Position numbers and translations under genes: made by a program. A DNA stretch of 64,000 nt from Gekko japonicus (taxonomy: Eukaryota), in the NCBI RefSeq assembly GCF_001447785.1, contig NW_015160215.1, forward strand, positions 20,201 to 84,200, in the 5' to 3' direction. Each line of letters begins with the position of its first letter. The first letter of the stretch is position 1. Under the pieces are notes generated by a model, which was given only the letters and a program-made list of their open reading frames with translations, searched no databases and was not told the DNA's origin. Positions 37,756 through 49,400 of the stretch are shown piece after piece.

Positions 37756-40565
37756 AAGCTGAACGAAAGAAACTGGAAATATTAGAAACCTCCATGATCC
37801 AAAAACAACTGCTTTATGTTAAGCAGAAATATTGGGTTAAATCACCACGCAATCTAAAACTTCTTGCTCATAAAGTAAAAGAACAGGCCAGAAACAGACA
37901 CATCTCCGCAATTGCAACCAAACTAGGGAACATAGAAACCCAAACTGACAAGATTTTACAAAGATTTCATGAATATTATACAGAATTGTATTCTCAGACC
38001 CCAATAGACCAACCTACCTTCCAATCGGAATCAAATAAATTCCCGATACACACAAAACTATCAGAAGTAGACAAAAATTTCATGGAAGCTCCCATTACAG
38101 AACAAGAAATAACAGACACCATTAGGCTACTTAAAAATGGGAAAACTCCTGGACCGGACGGATTCCCATCGGAATTCTATAAAAAATTCAAAAGTCTCCT
38201 GACCAAACAATTGGCTAAAACGTTTAACCATATCCTGGACACCGGAGATATACCTACCTCCTGGAAATTTGCAAACACAGTAGTGATCCCGAAACCAGAT
38301 AGAAATCCAATGTCCACAACTTCATATCGCCCAATCTCCCTCCTCAACCAGGACCAGAAAATCTTTTCCTCGATATTGGCCAAAAGGATTAACACTTTCA
38401 TACCAAACTACATCCATCACGATCAAGCAGGATTTATACCTAACAGGGATCTTTCCGATAATACATTAAGAACACTACAACTAGCACAACATTGTCTAGA
38501 CTCCAAAATTGCAGCAGCGTTCCTCTCCCTTGATATCGAAAAAGCGTTTGATACGGTCTCTTTCAAATATCTATTTCACACTCTCCAAGAGATGAATTTT
38601 GGCCCCAAATTTATCAAAACCATTCAAAGTTTATATAAAAACCCAAACATGAAAATAAAGATAAATGGCTCTTTATCCAACCCTATAAAGCTGGAAAAGG
38701 GAACGAGACAGGGCTGCCCTCTGTCTCCCCTCCTTTTCGCCATAGCAATCGAGCCCTTGGCCCAAGCGATCCGAACCAATGAACACATTAAAGGTATATC
38801 AACTAGGCAAGTGGAACATAAACTGTCCCTCTTTGCAGATGACATGTTGTTGTACATAACAGATCCTGTAAATTCAATACCCCCGCTGAAATCAATGCTA
38901 AAATCCTTCAAAACAATATCTGGTCTTACAGTTAATGACTCAAAAACGCAAATATTTCCAATCTTACTATCCTCAGAAGTCAAAAATGAACTAACACAGA
39001 CTCACAACTTTGCTTTAATTACTGACTCTTTCAGGTACTTAGGCATAGACATCCCAACGAATCTCAACAAACTGTTGCCAAACAACTATCATAAAACCCA
39101 CAAACGAATCTTACAAGATATACAAAGCTGGGAAAAGCTTCATCTGCCTTGGTTAGATAGATTCCATTTAATCAAATCCTTCATATTACCGAAATTCCTG
39201 TTTCTATTTAGAATGTTGCCCATTACTATCCCAACTAAAGACCTAAACTCATGGCAAGCAACACTAAAGAAGTTTTTGTGGAACAAGAAGAAACCCCGCA
39301 TAGGACATAAAATTCTACGCCGAGCCAAAAACAGAGGAGGGTTTGGACTTCCAGATCTCCACATATATTATAAAGCAACTCTAGTAACAAATATAATTAA
39401 AATGCAAAGGACTCAAAACATTCCACCTTGGGTAAATCTGACGGCGGATTTATCTGGTACACCTAACATTGACATTCCAATATGGGGTAATGACACCAAG
39501 ATAAATACTCATCTCAAACAAAACAAATTCATAAATCCTTCCATGCATTACTGGAAAAAAATCAAACACAAACTCCTTCCGACAATATCTAGATTTACCA
39601 CACTTACCTCTCAACCTTGGTTTCATAATTTAATACCACGAGACTTAGCCTCATCTTGGAAGAAAGCTCACCTCTATAGATTTAGTGATATCCTAACCAA
39701 AGAAGGTCTCTACCCTAAAACATTACTAGAAGCCAAAATTAAACACAAAATCCCATGGTATACTTACCTTCAAATTCAGCATGCAACGACACAAGGCAAA
39801 TTTAGACAATCAATGAACCAACCACTCACAAAACTAGAAGTCATCATCAAACAATTTAATGGACAAAACAGAGGATTGATCTCCCACACATACAAAACGC
39901 TAATGGACATTTTTGATTCCACCACTCTCCCATATCAACGAGCATGGCAGACAGAATGCCTGACAAAATTAGATGACCGGGTCTGGAGCAAAATATGGAA
40001 CTCTTCCAACTCAGACTCCAAGTCATACTCAATAGATCTCCACCGATTAAAAATACACACAAAATGGTATCTTACCCCTCAAACCATATCAAAAATAACC
40101 AAACAATACTCACCATTATGCTGGAAGGGCTGTGGTCAAATAGGCTCCTTTGCCCATTGCTGGTGGCTTTGCAACGAACTCCGCCCATTCTGGTTAGAAG
40201 TCCTGGAAAAAATAAAACAAATCACGGACATAGAACTTTCCTACACTCCGGAACATTTAATGTTAGAGGTCTGGCCGGAAAAAATTGATCAGCACCACCA
40301 TAAAAGTATCCTAAAAACGATGCTCTATGCGGCAAGATTATCAATAGCCTCAAAATGGAAAAACCCTAAATCACCTACAAGTCAGGATTGGTTCCAAAAG
40401 CTCTGGGATCAGTACATAATGGAGAGCATAACTGGGAGATGCAATACAGCGAAAACAGGCCAGCCTGATCTGAAGTTTAGTGCAAAGTGGTTTCCTATAC
40501 TTACCTTTTTGGAAAAAGAACGAATTGTGCCACCGTCTTGGGAAGACTACACCAAATGGCTATAA
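37728..40565 (+). CDS. L1 ORF2p C-terminal part (Z region, reverse transcriptase, Cys-rich CCHC domain)
   Basis: Frame open from 37728 (GSPIIRTKLEAERKKLEILETSMIQK...); PGPDGF, YRPISLLN, DIEKAFD, GTRQGCPLSP, LFADD, YLGI, CWKGC...HCWWLC. Confidence 0.95.
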   Translation, partial: GSPIIRTKLEAERKKLEILETSMIQKQLLYVKQKYWVKSPRNLKLLAHKVKEQARNRHISAIATKLGNIETQTDKILQRFHEYYTELYSQTPIDQPTFQSESNKFPIHTKLSEVDKNFMEAPITEQEITDTIRLLKNGKTPGPDGFPSEFYKKFKSLLTKQLAKTFNHILDTGDIPTSWKFANTVVIPKPDRNPMSTTSYRPISLLNQDQKIFSSILAKRINTFIPNYIHHDQAGFIPNRDLSDNTLRTLQLAQHCLDSKIAAAFLSLDIEKAFDTVSFKYLFHTLQEMNFGPKFIKTIQSLYKNPNMKIKINGSLSNPIKLEKGTRQGCPLSPLLFAIAIEPLAQAIRTNEHIKGISTRQVEHKLSLFADDMLLYITDPVNSIPPLKSMLKSFKTISGLTVNDSKTQIFPILLSSEVKNELTQTHNFALITDSFRYLGIDIPTNLNKLLPNNYHKTHKRILQDIQSWEKLHLPWLDRFHLIKSFILPKFLFLFRMLPITIPTKDLNSWQATLKKFLWNKKKPRIGHKILRRAKNRGGFGLPDLHIYYKATLVTNIIKMQRTQNIPPWVNLTADLSGTPNIDIPIWGNDTKINTHLKQNKFINPSMHYWKKIKHKLLPTISRFTTLTSQPWFHNLIPRDLASSWKKAHLYRFSDILTKEGLYPKTLLEAKIKHKIPWYTYLQIQHATTQGKFRQSMNQPLTKLEVIIKQFNGQNRGLISHTYKTLMDIFDSTTLPYQRAWQTECLTKLDDRVWSKIWNSSNSDSKSYSIDLHRLKIHTKWYLTPQTISKITKQYSPLCWKGCGQIGSFAHCWWLCNELRPFWLEVLEKIKQITDIELSYTPEHLMLEVWPEKIDQHHHKSILKTMLYAARLSIASKWKNPKSPTSQDWFQKLWDQYIMESITGRCNTAKTGQPDLKFSAKWFPILTFLEKERIVPPSWEDYTKWL

Positions 40566-41008
40566 AGGTGAAGAACAGTAATCATCATAGTCAAATTATA
40601 AGAATATGACATATCATAGGTAAAATTATAGCCTAACAGATCAATTACTCCTACAGGCAAGAATGCGCTCTAACATCTACAAAGTCTTATTACTCTTTAT
40701 CTTATCATCTGTAAAGCTATAACTTACAACTTTTACTTACAGATAGTCACATATTAGAAGTCATAGATATGAAATTGTATTGATGTAAAAATTACACTAC
40801 TGCTCTTACTCTATATCTCATGTTAAACTTGAAGTGTATTTACATGCTATTATTATTTGTATGCAATCTTAATACTTCAATAAAAAATATAAATTGAAAA
40901 AAGAATTGTTGACTTGTAAATTAATGGTATTTACGCAGCACACGGTGAAAAAGCTGTTATGTGAAACGGGAGTATATGCAATTTCCGTAGTGTATGCGTA
41001 CATCTTTA

Positions 41009-41083
41009 TTACTTGTTGAAGAAGAACACTACTCACTGCAAAACTTGTTACTTGTTGAAGAAGAACACTACTCACTGCAAAAC
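41009..41083. repeat. Tandem duplication of a 36-bp unit (39-bp period)
   Basis: TTACTTGTTGAAGAAGAACACTACTCACTGCAAAAC at 41009-41044 and 41048-41083. Confidence 0.9.
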
Positions 41084-41177
41084 AACAGTCTAAATATATT
41101 TTCATAATACTACATCACGGTTGTTTTCATCATTGTTTGCATCAATAGGAACATAGCATATTTAAGTGCATGGAGCA

Positions 41178-41461
41178 GAAGAAGAAGAAGAGATTGGATT
41201 TATACCCTGCCCTTCACTACCCAAAGGTGTCTCAGAGCGGCTTACAAACTCCTTCCCCTTCCCCTCCCCACAACAGACACCCTGTGAGGTAGGTGGGGCT
41301 GAGAGAACTCTTGACAGAAACTGTTCTTTTTCAAGAACAGCTGTGCCAGAGTTATGGCTTGCCCAAGGTCATCCAGTCAGGTGCAAGTGGAGGAGTGGAG
41401 AATCAAACCTGGTTCTCCCAGATTAGAGTCCGCGCACTTAACCACTACACCAAACTGGCTC
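41178..41461 (-). mobile_element. Squam3-like tRNA-derived SINE
   Basis: (GAA)n tail on + strand; head reads AGCCAGTTTGGTGTAGTGGTTAAGTGCGCGGACTCTAATCTGGGAGAACCAGGTTTGATTC on minus; close to 49401-49675. Confidence 0.88.
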
Positions 41462-43723
41462 TCGTGTTTGACATAAGCAGTGACATAAGTTATTATATAG
41501 TTTAGCATGTAGTGTTTAATGATGACATACTCATTAATAACGATAAATGCTGATTCAGAAAGGCAAATGAGTCTCTTGTCTGATTGGTAAGCCAGTGCCC
41601 TGACAGTCAAAAGTTAATGGTGGGACAGGCACAACCTTGTTTGTCCAGTAACTTTAGCCAATACATTGGGGGACTCCTTTGTCCCTCTCTGCAGCCCTGC
41701 CCTGCTTCTGGTCACTTCGGACACACATCTAATACTTGTTCAAACAACACATGGGATATCTGACATACTGTTCTTTACTGTTAAAAAGCACCTAGGCATG
41801 AGGGGAATCCCTGATTAAAAATCACCCCAAGCTGTTGTTGGGATCAGTAGCCTTTTGATATTAACGCTGGATCATCCAGTCACAACATGTAGTTTAACCG
41901 CTCATGAGACAACTGCACTAGACCTAGTGTCAGTGGTCTGCTTTAGGGACTCTGTTCAGTATGCCTGGGTTTTGCAGGTGCACCGTGATGCTTACCACTG
42001 ATGCTGAGCATAGGAACTATGTTCCTTACTTCCCCCTTCAATGAGGAAGAGCAGAACAAAGGTCTCAACTCACATATATGCCAACTTTATGCAAGGTGGG
42101 AACTAAGCTAAGCGTTTGCTTTTCTTGATCTTTCCCATAGAAGGGGGGAGAAAGAGGGTTTATTCTAAAAGGCTATCTATAAGACTTCATTTACCAAAAT
42201 AGTATCACTCCAATAAGCCAAAGAAAGCAAATCTTCCACATTGCCTACAGATGACAAAAGGAACAATTCTTCCATTCTTAGGTGTACCTTTTTGTATTCT
42301 TTTTGAGAAGGAGGGCCCATTTGTTTGGACAAAATGTATCAATCTGGCACTTTAGGTTTCATTTTCCATGAATCCGTCTAATTAATTTCTGAATTCAGCT
42401 GTATTTGAAGGACTGTAGCAGAAAATAAAGATGTAATGGTTCATTGATGCCCCTATTAATTAAGTATATGTTTTACTAAATCAATTAAAAACCCATGCAG
42501 CAGAATAATATAGAAGCATCACAGATGTGCAAAAACTTTTCCAAGCCACATGTTGAGGGATAGTTTTAACTCCTTCACAGTTTACTGAAGTGCAAACAGA
42601 CATGTCAGGCTCAAGAGGGGTCCCTGGAGGAGAGCATGGCTGTCTGTTTGACAACTTCTGTTCCTTCTCAACTCATGGAGGGCAGATAAATGTCAGTCAG
42701 AATACGTTGTGCTGCCTCCCATGTTGTTGCACCTTTGCCTTTACCTGACAGAGTGTAGCTTTACAAGACACTCAGATATGGTTTGTTCTGTTTTTGTTTG
42801 TTTCTTTAAAACAAAGAAATATTTTTGTAATGTAGTGTCTAAGTAATTGCATTAAACACTTGCTTTGTAACCAACAAAATTTCCAGGAAACTCTGTTAAA
42901 AAGAAATTTCTTATCAAATTCAGCTGAAGGTTCATTTGCCACCGAATTATTCATTCCTATGATTTTTCTCTCCTCTGCAAACAAAACTGAAAAAGGAATT
43001 TCCACCAATTTTATTTTGTTGGAATCTGACTATAGCTGGGATTCCGTACTCCAGTCTGCTTTCCACCAAACTGTTTCTTGAGTCTGGACAGAGAGCTTAT
43101 TGTTTCTCAGTGGTAATTATGAACATGCTATAAGTTATTGTTAGAACTGTTAATGTATGGACTGTGTAGCCTGGGGCAAGATACTTTTAATCTCAGTTCC
43201 TTCTTTCCAAAAGGGAAATAGTAAGTTTTTGAAAGGCAAATGAAGGAAAGTCTGTAAAGCACAGCAAAAGATTGTGTGCACAACCAATAGTATTCTTCAT
43301 CTGTTTTTGTACATAATGTATAGCTTGAGCCTTAGCAACTCCTGACAACATGAATTCTTCTCATCCTGAGATGTGACACTTTATAGAATATGGACTCTTG
43401 CATGGAAGAAATGACATGGAGGCAAAAAGTAAGGAACCAGTAAGTGAACATTAGAAGAATTGGGGGGGGGGGCACATTGCTCTTACATGGGGGACTTACT
43501 GCCTTCATTCTTTAGTAACAAATTTATTCTAATTTTGTTCCTGAGTTACCGTAGTTGCTTGTTCAAGACCACTACAGGAACAAAACAAAAATAGAGTAGC
43601 ATCTTGTTTTACTTATACATACTACAACAGACTCACAGCTCTTCTGTTCCTTAAAGATGCAAATATTTTACAGGAAACTTTTTAAAAAGGTATTTTCATA
43701 TTTTTTTAGTAGATGATAGTGAA

Positions 43724-44103
43724 AAAAATAGATGCTATTGAACTATGGTGCTGGAGAAGACTCTTGAGAGTCCCTTGGACTCAAGAAGATCAAATCAGTC
43801 AATCCTCAAAGATATCAACCCTCACTGTTCCCTGGAAGGCCAGATAATGAAACTGAAACTCAAATACTTTAGCCACCAAATGAGAAGGGAGCACTCACTG
43901 GAGAAGACCCTGATGCTGGGGAAGATTGAAGGTCAAAGAAGACGGGGACGGCAAAGGATGAGATGGTTAGACAGTGTCATAGATGCAACGAACATGAAAT
44001 TGAGCAAACTTCAGAGGATGACTGAAGACAGGAAGGCCTGGTGTGATCTGGTCCATGGGGTCGCGAAGAGTCGGACTCGACTGTGCGACTGAACAACAAC
44101 AAA
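43724..44103 (+). mobile_element. BovB LINE 3' fragment
   Basis: LEGQIMKLKLKYF..MRREHSLEKTLMLGKIEGQRRRGRQRMRWLD..VHGVAKSRTRL; tail CTGAACAACAAC. Confidence 0.95.
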
Positions 44104-45506
44104 AGTGGAAAAAGTGATGTTTACATGAAGGATCTTTGGAGGAAATTGCCAGAAGAGTATTTTTCAATAAAATAAGAGAAACTGCAGGCAATGAACAAAT
44201 CTTTACATATTTTAAAACAAAAAAGCTCTGTCCTGTTTCTTTGCTAAAGATGTCTGCAAAAACTCTGCTTCTGTCTTTCTTTCTCCCAGGAATGAATGGG
44301 AAAATATTGCATGATATGTACTCTGGTTCTATGGATCTGCTTTTCTCCATATATTAATGGCTTCTCTTTGTTTCAGCAATGTTGCTAAAATCAAGCAAGT
44401 CAAGAGAGTGTGTTTCTCAGGGGCCCTAACATACTTCATGAGCCAAAGTCTACATTGCCAACACAAATTGCTTTTTCAGAGAACACAAGTCTTTTGAGCT
44501 TCAACAACTACAGGAAAACTGTATTTAATGTGGCTCACCTAACCATAGGGCTCTTTTGACAAGAGTTTTCTCCTAGTATGACTTCACTCATCTGGCACTC
44601 TTTGTTGACAGTTTCAATTATTTGGAAACCGTGTGCCTTGAAACCAGCTTAATCGGTGAGCAATACAGTGAATGACACTTAGATGAAGGAAATTCTGCTG
44701 CATTTTCTGCATCAATCCATTTTCAACATTGACCATAATAGCTGTTCCATCTAATCCGATACCAAGATCAGCAGACAGCTGGTTTGAAAGATTTTGGAGT
44801 TAATTTTAATGGCTTCCAAATATCCTTCTGCAATGGCTTTTCAAGATAAGAAGACTTTATTTCTTTGTGTATCTTGGGTTTAATATCAGCTCCTCCACCC
44901 TTACTTTATCATTGGTTCCTTCCAGCTACAATTTAATGTAATTTTGGTCTTGCACTTCACACAGTGGTTCATTTGTATCACAGATGTAACACAGTACAAA
45001 TTCTTTGCACCTTTTATGCTGATTATAAATTTCTTTCTTGGACATCCAATTTATCTACAATACCAAGAGTCTTTCAGTATCACTGAAATTCTTGTTGTAC
45101 TTAGCAGTGTAGTATGCTACACTGAAAACAGTTCTCAAATAATACAACAGTTTTAATCAATTTTTTTCTACACACAAAAAAGGAAGAGGGGATGTTTGTG
45201 CCTTGTTTGCTGCAATGCGTTTTTAATGCTGAAATTAGTTTCTGCATTTCTTAAAGGTTTCCATCTTGAATGGGTCTGTAAAATCTGTTACTGGTTTTGA
45301 ATGATTGTTAGATATTCCCCAAAATAATGATCATACCATGCATTTTGTTATGCCTGTTGCTTTTTCCAATTGGACTTTGAACTAGGACTTTGGGGGGGGG
45401 GGAACTCTTGCAGTCTACTTTGGGTTTTTTTTAGTGAAATATGACAACCAGCATTACAGGTCAAGTATAACAAAGGAGGAACAATCGCTGTCAAAACCCT
45501 GCCTAA

Positions 45507-45641
45507 TAGGGTTGCCAGGTCTGGGTTGGAAAATATCTGGAGACTTTGGGGGTGGATCCAGGAGAGGGCAGGGTTTGGGGAGGGAGGGGCCTCAGCATGG
45601 TCCAATGCCATAGAGTCCACCCTTCAAAGCTGCCGTTTTCT
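45507..45641. mobile_element. Partial hAT-type MITE (TAGGGTTGCCA family); the matching other end lies at ~46215-46311
   Basis: Starts TAGGGTTGCCAGGTCTGGGTTGGAAAATA; 46215-46311 ends TGGCAACCCTA. Confidence 0.7.
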
Positions 45642-47713
45642 CGAGATACTCTCTTCAAGTCAGGCAGTGAAAAGCAAATTGGAACGACCCCTATGATTGA
45701 AGACGAGAATTTAAGTGGAACAATTCTGGAAAAAGGAGAAGGGACTTTGTTTTGAGATGGCCAGTTCCTGATACAGCAAGATGGTGCCACAGGGAAGAAG
45801 AAAGAGGAAAACAGCAATGGAAGAGAAAATGAGATTGTGTTATATCCACTGAGGGAGACTTATTGTTAATTTGCTTTTAATGGTGGAGGGAAAAATAATG
45901 GTTAAATGAGATGGCATTGTTCTCTGTAATTTGTGTCTAAGTTAAATAGTGATTCTCCTGGACTACTCTTCATATAGTCAGATTTGTTGGGATGTTTCTA
46001 CAAGCTATGATGATGATTGATCACTCTCAGTGTTAAAGAAAGCTTTTTACTATTGTTAAGCAAATTTTTTACAAGCTGTATGTGACTGCCAACCCTTGGG
46101 TTTTACTGGGTTTTCTTTTCTTTCTCCTATAGTGTGTAGATTCCCTCCTTAATTTCGTTGTAGTTTTTAGTAAATGCAAATTAAAAAATCCCCTATGGGG
46201 GGCCATTTTAAAAAAGCTGCCATTTTCTCCAGGGGAGCTGATCTTTGTCAGTTGGAAATTAGTTGTAAAAGCAGGGGATCCCCAGGCCCCACCTGGAGGC
46301 TGGCAACCCTACTGCCTAACCTAACAAACAGGAAGTTGCTTAAATGTTATCACCCTGCCCAAACTACTTATTTATTCAAATATTTATATCCCACTTTTCC
46401 CTGTGAGTCAAGGCAGTTTACAAATCATACTGAAAAGCACAATAGGGTGTGCAAAAAATAATCATTTTTTCCAGCTTCATTGTAGCCTGTGAGGACCATT
46501 ATAGTCAATAAGCCCCATAGCTATCAATCTAGAATCAGTCTAGGGGTATCTGGGGCGGCTGTTTTTTGAGGTAGAGAACCTGCCAAGTTTCAAAAAGACT
46601 GGATAAGCAGGTGGCAGCTGTGTCAGGAGGGCCTTTTACCAGCTTTTGATTATTTTAAAGAGGTGATTTTGTGGGTTTTAGTGATTTTAAAATGTGATTT
46701 TCGTATGTATATTGTAATTTGTTAGCTGCCTTGGAGGATTTTCTAAGGGCAAAAGGATGGAATAAATTTTGTAAAAATAAAAATAAAATTTTGCAGGCTC
46801 TGGGGAAATAGACAGTGGAATAACCCTTCCACCCAGTGTTATCACTCACCACTCAGTGACATGGGGAAATCTTTGCACCCACTCTCAAAGCAAGAAGGGC
46901 CCCCCCCCCGTTAATTCTACTCTTGGCTGCTGTGCAAACTTGTGTCGATGTCTGGCACAGTCACAGCACTGGGAGGAAAGGGCAGTGTGATGTGTGCTGC
47001 AAGTCTCTGCCATACCTTTCTTTATGTTTTCCAATTTTTCAGTAAGGAGGCTGATTTTAATGATAAATTCCCAACATCCTGTTTGAACAGATGGCTTTTT
47101 AGGTGAATGTAACGTAAGTATTTGTGTTCCTGTATTTATTATATGTTTATTTATGATATGCATATTTGTTAGGGTTTGTCAGTTTTTATAGAAAATTAAG
47201 TTGCAAATGATAGTTGGTTGGATCCAAAGTAAATTTTGGACCACTGGAACAGAACTTTCCTGCTTTTTCCCTCCAACTGCAGCCCACTGATCTCCACAAA
47301 ATGCTGTTCAAGATGATAGGAGAGTCTGAGGAACAGCATGAGTGGATCTGTAGCAGGATGTGGGAATCAGTAGAAATTGCCAATTTAGTCTGGCTCCAAC
47401 CGAGTGGTTTGTTACTTTGCAATTTTTAATTTTTTTTTAGCGTTTATATGAGCATGATGCAATTTTGTCTTACCACTGGGGTTTTGAGCTAATGCATTTT
47501 TCAAGCTTTGTGTTGCTACTCTTCTACTTTGGCTGAAGCTATGCACTCCATACAAACCCCCCCCCCCAAATTCCCTCCTTTTCTTTGAACAATACCAGAT
47601 TTTCCAAAGCTGAGTTCATTCCAGTCCTTCGGGCAGTGTCTGATATCCATACGAGCTCAGTTCTGTTAATGTATTTTGCCACTTTTTCTTCTCTGCTATG
47701 TACTGAAACATTA

Positions 47714-48607
47714 TCTATATATCTAATAGCCAACTTGCCCCCTCCGTGCGGATACTTAAATCAGCACGGAGGGGGCAGCTGGGGGGCCGGGGGAGGTTTG
47801 TGCACACGTGGGCCAGTCCCCACGTGTGCACAAAAATACAAAAAGTTTTTAAAAATTTCGGGGGGATGTTTAAATCCCCCCGAAAGTGCAAGAGCGTCTC
47901 CTGCGCATGCGCAGGAGACGCTCTGCAACGCCGCCGCCTCAGAGCCAGCCGGCGGGCTGGCAGGCGACGGGGGNNNNNNNNNNNNNNNNNNNNNNNNNNN
48001 NNNNNNNNNNNNNNNNNNNNNNNNNNNNNNNNNNNNNNNNNNNNNNNNNNNNNNNNNNNNNNNNNNNNNNNNNNNNNNNNNNNNNNNNNNNNNNNNNNNN
48101 NNNNNNNNNNNNNNNNNNNNNNNNNNNNNNNNNNNNNNNNNNNNNNNNNNNNNNNNNNNNNNNNNNNNNNNNNNNNNNNNNNNNNNNNNNNNNNNNNNNN
48201 NNNNNNNNNNNNNNNNNNNNNNNNNNNNNNNNNNNNNNNNNNNNNNNNNNNNNNNNNNNNNNNNNNNNNNNNNNNNNNNNNNNNNNNNNNNNNNNNNNNN
48301 NNNNNNNNNNNNNNNNNNNNNNNNNNNNNNNNNNNNNNNNNNNNNNNNNNNNNNNNNNNNNNNNNNNNNNNNNNNNNNNNNNNNNNNNNNNNNNNNNNNN
48401 NNNNNNNNNNNNNNNNNNNNNNNNNNNNNNNNNNNNNNNNNNNNNNNNNNNNNNNNNNNNNNNNNNNNNNNNNNNNNNNNNNNNNNNNNNNNNNNNNNNN
48501 NNNNNNNNNNNNNNNAGGGGGGAAACCAGCAGGATGGGGGGGTACTTTCCTCCTCCTGCTGCTTCCTCCTCTGCCTCCCCCCCGCGAGTATCGCGGGTCC
48601 CCCCTTG
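47714..48607 (+). mobile_element. Helitron-like non-autonomous element spanning an assembly gap
   Basis: A|TCTATATATCTAATAG 5' end; 3' hairpin CCCGCGA-GTA-TCGCGGG (48581-48597) ending 10 nt before CTTG|T; inserted between A and T with no TSD; continuity across the gap is assumed. Confidence 0.6.
47974..48515. other. Assembly gap (N run)
   Basis: 542 N. Confidence 1.
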
Positions 48608-48699
48608 TTCTTAATAAAGCCTTATTATAAACAAAAAACCCAAACAATTGCCCTTCAATTTTGGCATAAACCATGCACTAATCCAAGCAACCAAGATGA

Positions 48700-48907
48700 G
48701 TAGTCATGTTAGTTTACCTGTAGCAGTAAAAAAGAACAAGAGTCCAATAGCACCTTAAAGACTAACAAATTTGTTGCAGGGTATGAGCTTTTGTGAGACA
48801 CTGCTCACTTCAGATACAGCTAGAATGTGAGACATTCTATGTGAGATATTCACATTCTACCTGTATCTGAAGAATTGAACACTGTCTCACAAAAGCTCAT
48901 ACCCTGC
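48700..48907. mobile_element. Penelope-type inverted pLTR pair with decayed hammerhead-ribozyme motif
   Basis: Inverted arms 48776-48830 / 48850-48907; CTGAAGA..TGA..CTCACAAAAGCT resembles CUGANGA-stem-GAAA. Confidence 0.65.
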
Positions 48908-49072
48908 CAAGCAACCAAGTCAGCCATACCCTAAAATTTACCTCTTTAGCTCAGGCCATATGCTCTTCAAACCTTAAATGCTGCCAGACTTTTTTGGCTA
49001 AAGCCAAATTTATATGAACATCCTTTGTACAAAGCTAGGCCCATCTGTACTCTCTCTGTACTTCCTCTAAAA

Positions 49073-49166
49073 GAAGAAGAGTTGGTTTTTATACCCTGCC
49101 CTTCACTACCCGAAGGAGTCTCAGAACGGCTTACAATCATCTTCCTTTCCTCTTCACACAACAAAC
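49073..49166 (-). mobile_element. Squam3-like SINE 3' fragment
   Basis: GAAGAAGAGTTGGTTTTTATACCCTGCCCTTCACTACCCGAAGG, nearly the same as the tail at 41178. Confidence 0.75.
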
Positions 49167-49400
49167 GATCCTTTGGAAAAAGCCACACATATTGAGATCT
49201 AGTTAGGAGGATTATACTCATCTGTAATCAAGGGAGTTTGAGCAAGGTACATTGATCCAACAATTGTGTTGGTGTCACAGTATGCCCTTAGTTCAAAGCA
49301 ACAGAGTCACCCCTTATTGTATTAGGAAGTAGCAGATGTATCTGAACCAAATGTGGAATTAACATGATGACTCACTGAGTCCTCCAAAGCTACCTCTGTA

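Larger units (their letters stand above)
34526..40901 (+). mobile_element. Full-length L1-clade LINE (~6.4 kb)
   Basis: TSD AGAATTGTTGACTTG at 34511-34525 and 40902-40916; TT|AGAA endonuclease-like site; ORF1, 1.1-kb spacer, ORF2 (APE-RT-CCHC); AATAAA at 40879-40884 and A-rich tail. Confidence 0.97.

Noticed and set aside
36708-40288. Antisense and alternative-frame ORFs inside the L1
   Set aside because: Shadow ORFs of ORF2 with no motifs or independent support
41009-41083. 36-bp direct repeats resembling CRISPR repeats (also 58847-58945 and 50645-50740)
   Set aside because: Only 2-3 units, no proper unique spacers, no cas genes, eukaryotic context
47585-48703. Long ORFs (242-372 aa) crossing the N run
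   Set aside because: Artefacts of translating N as X
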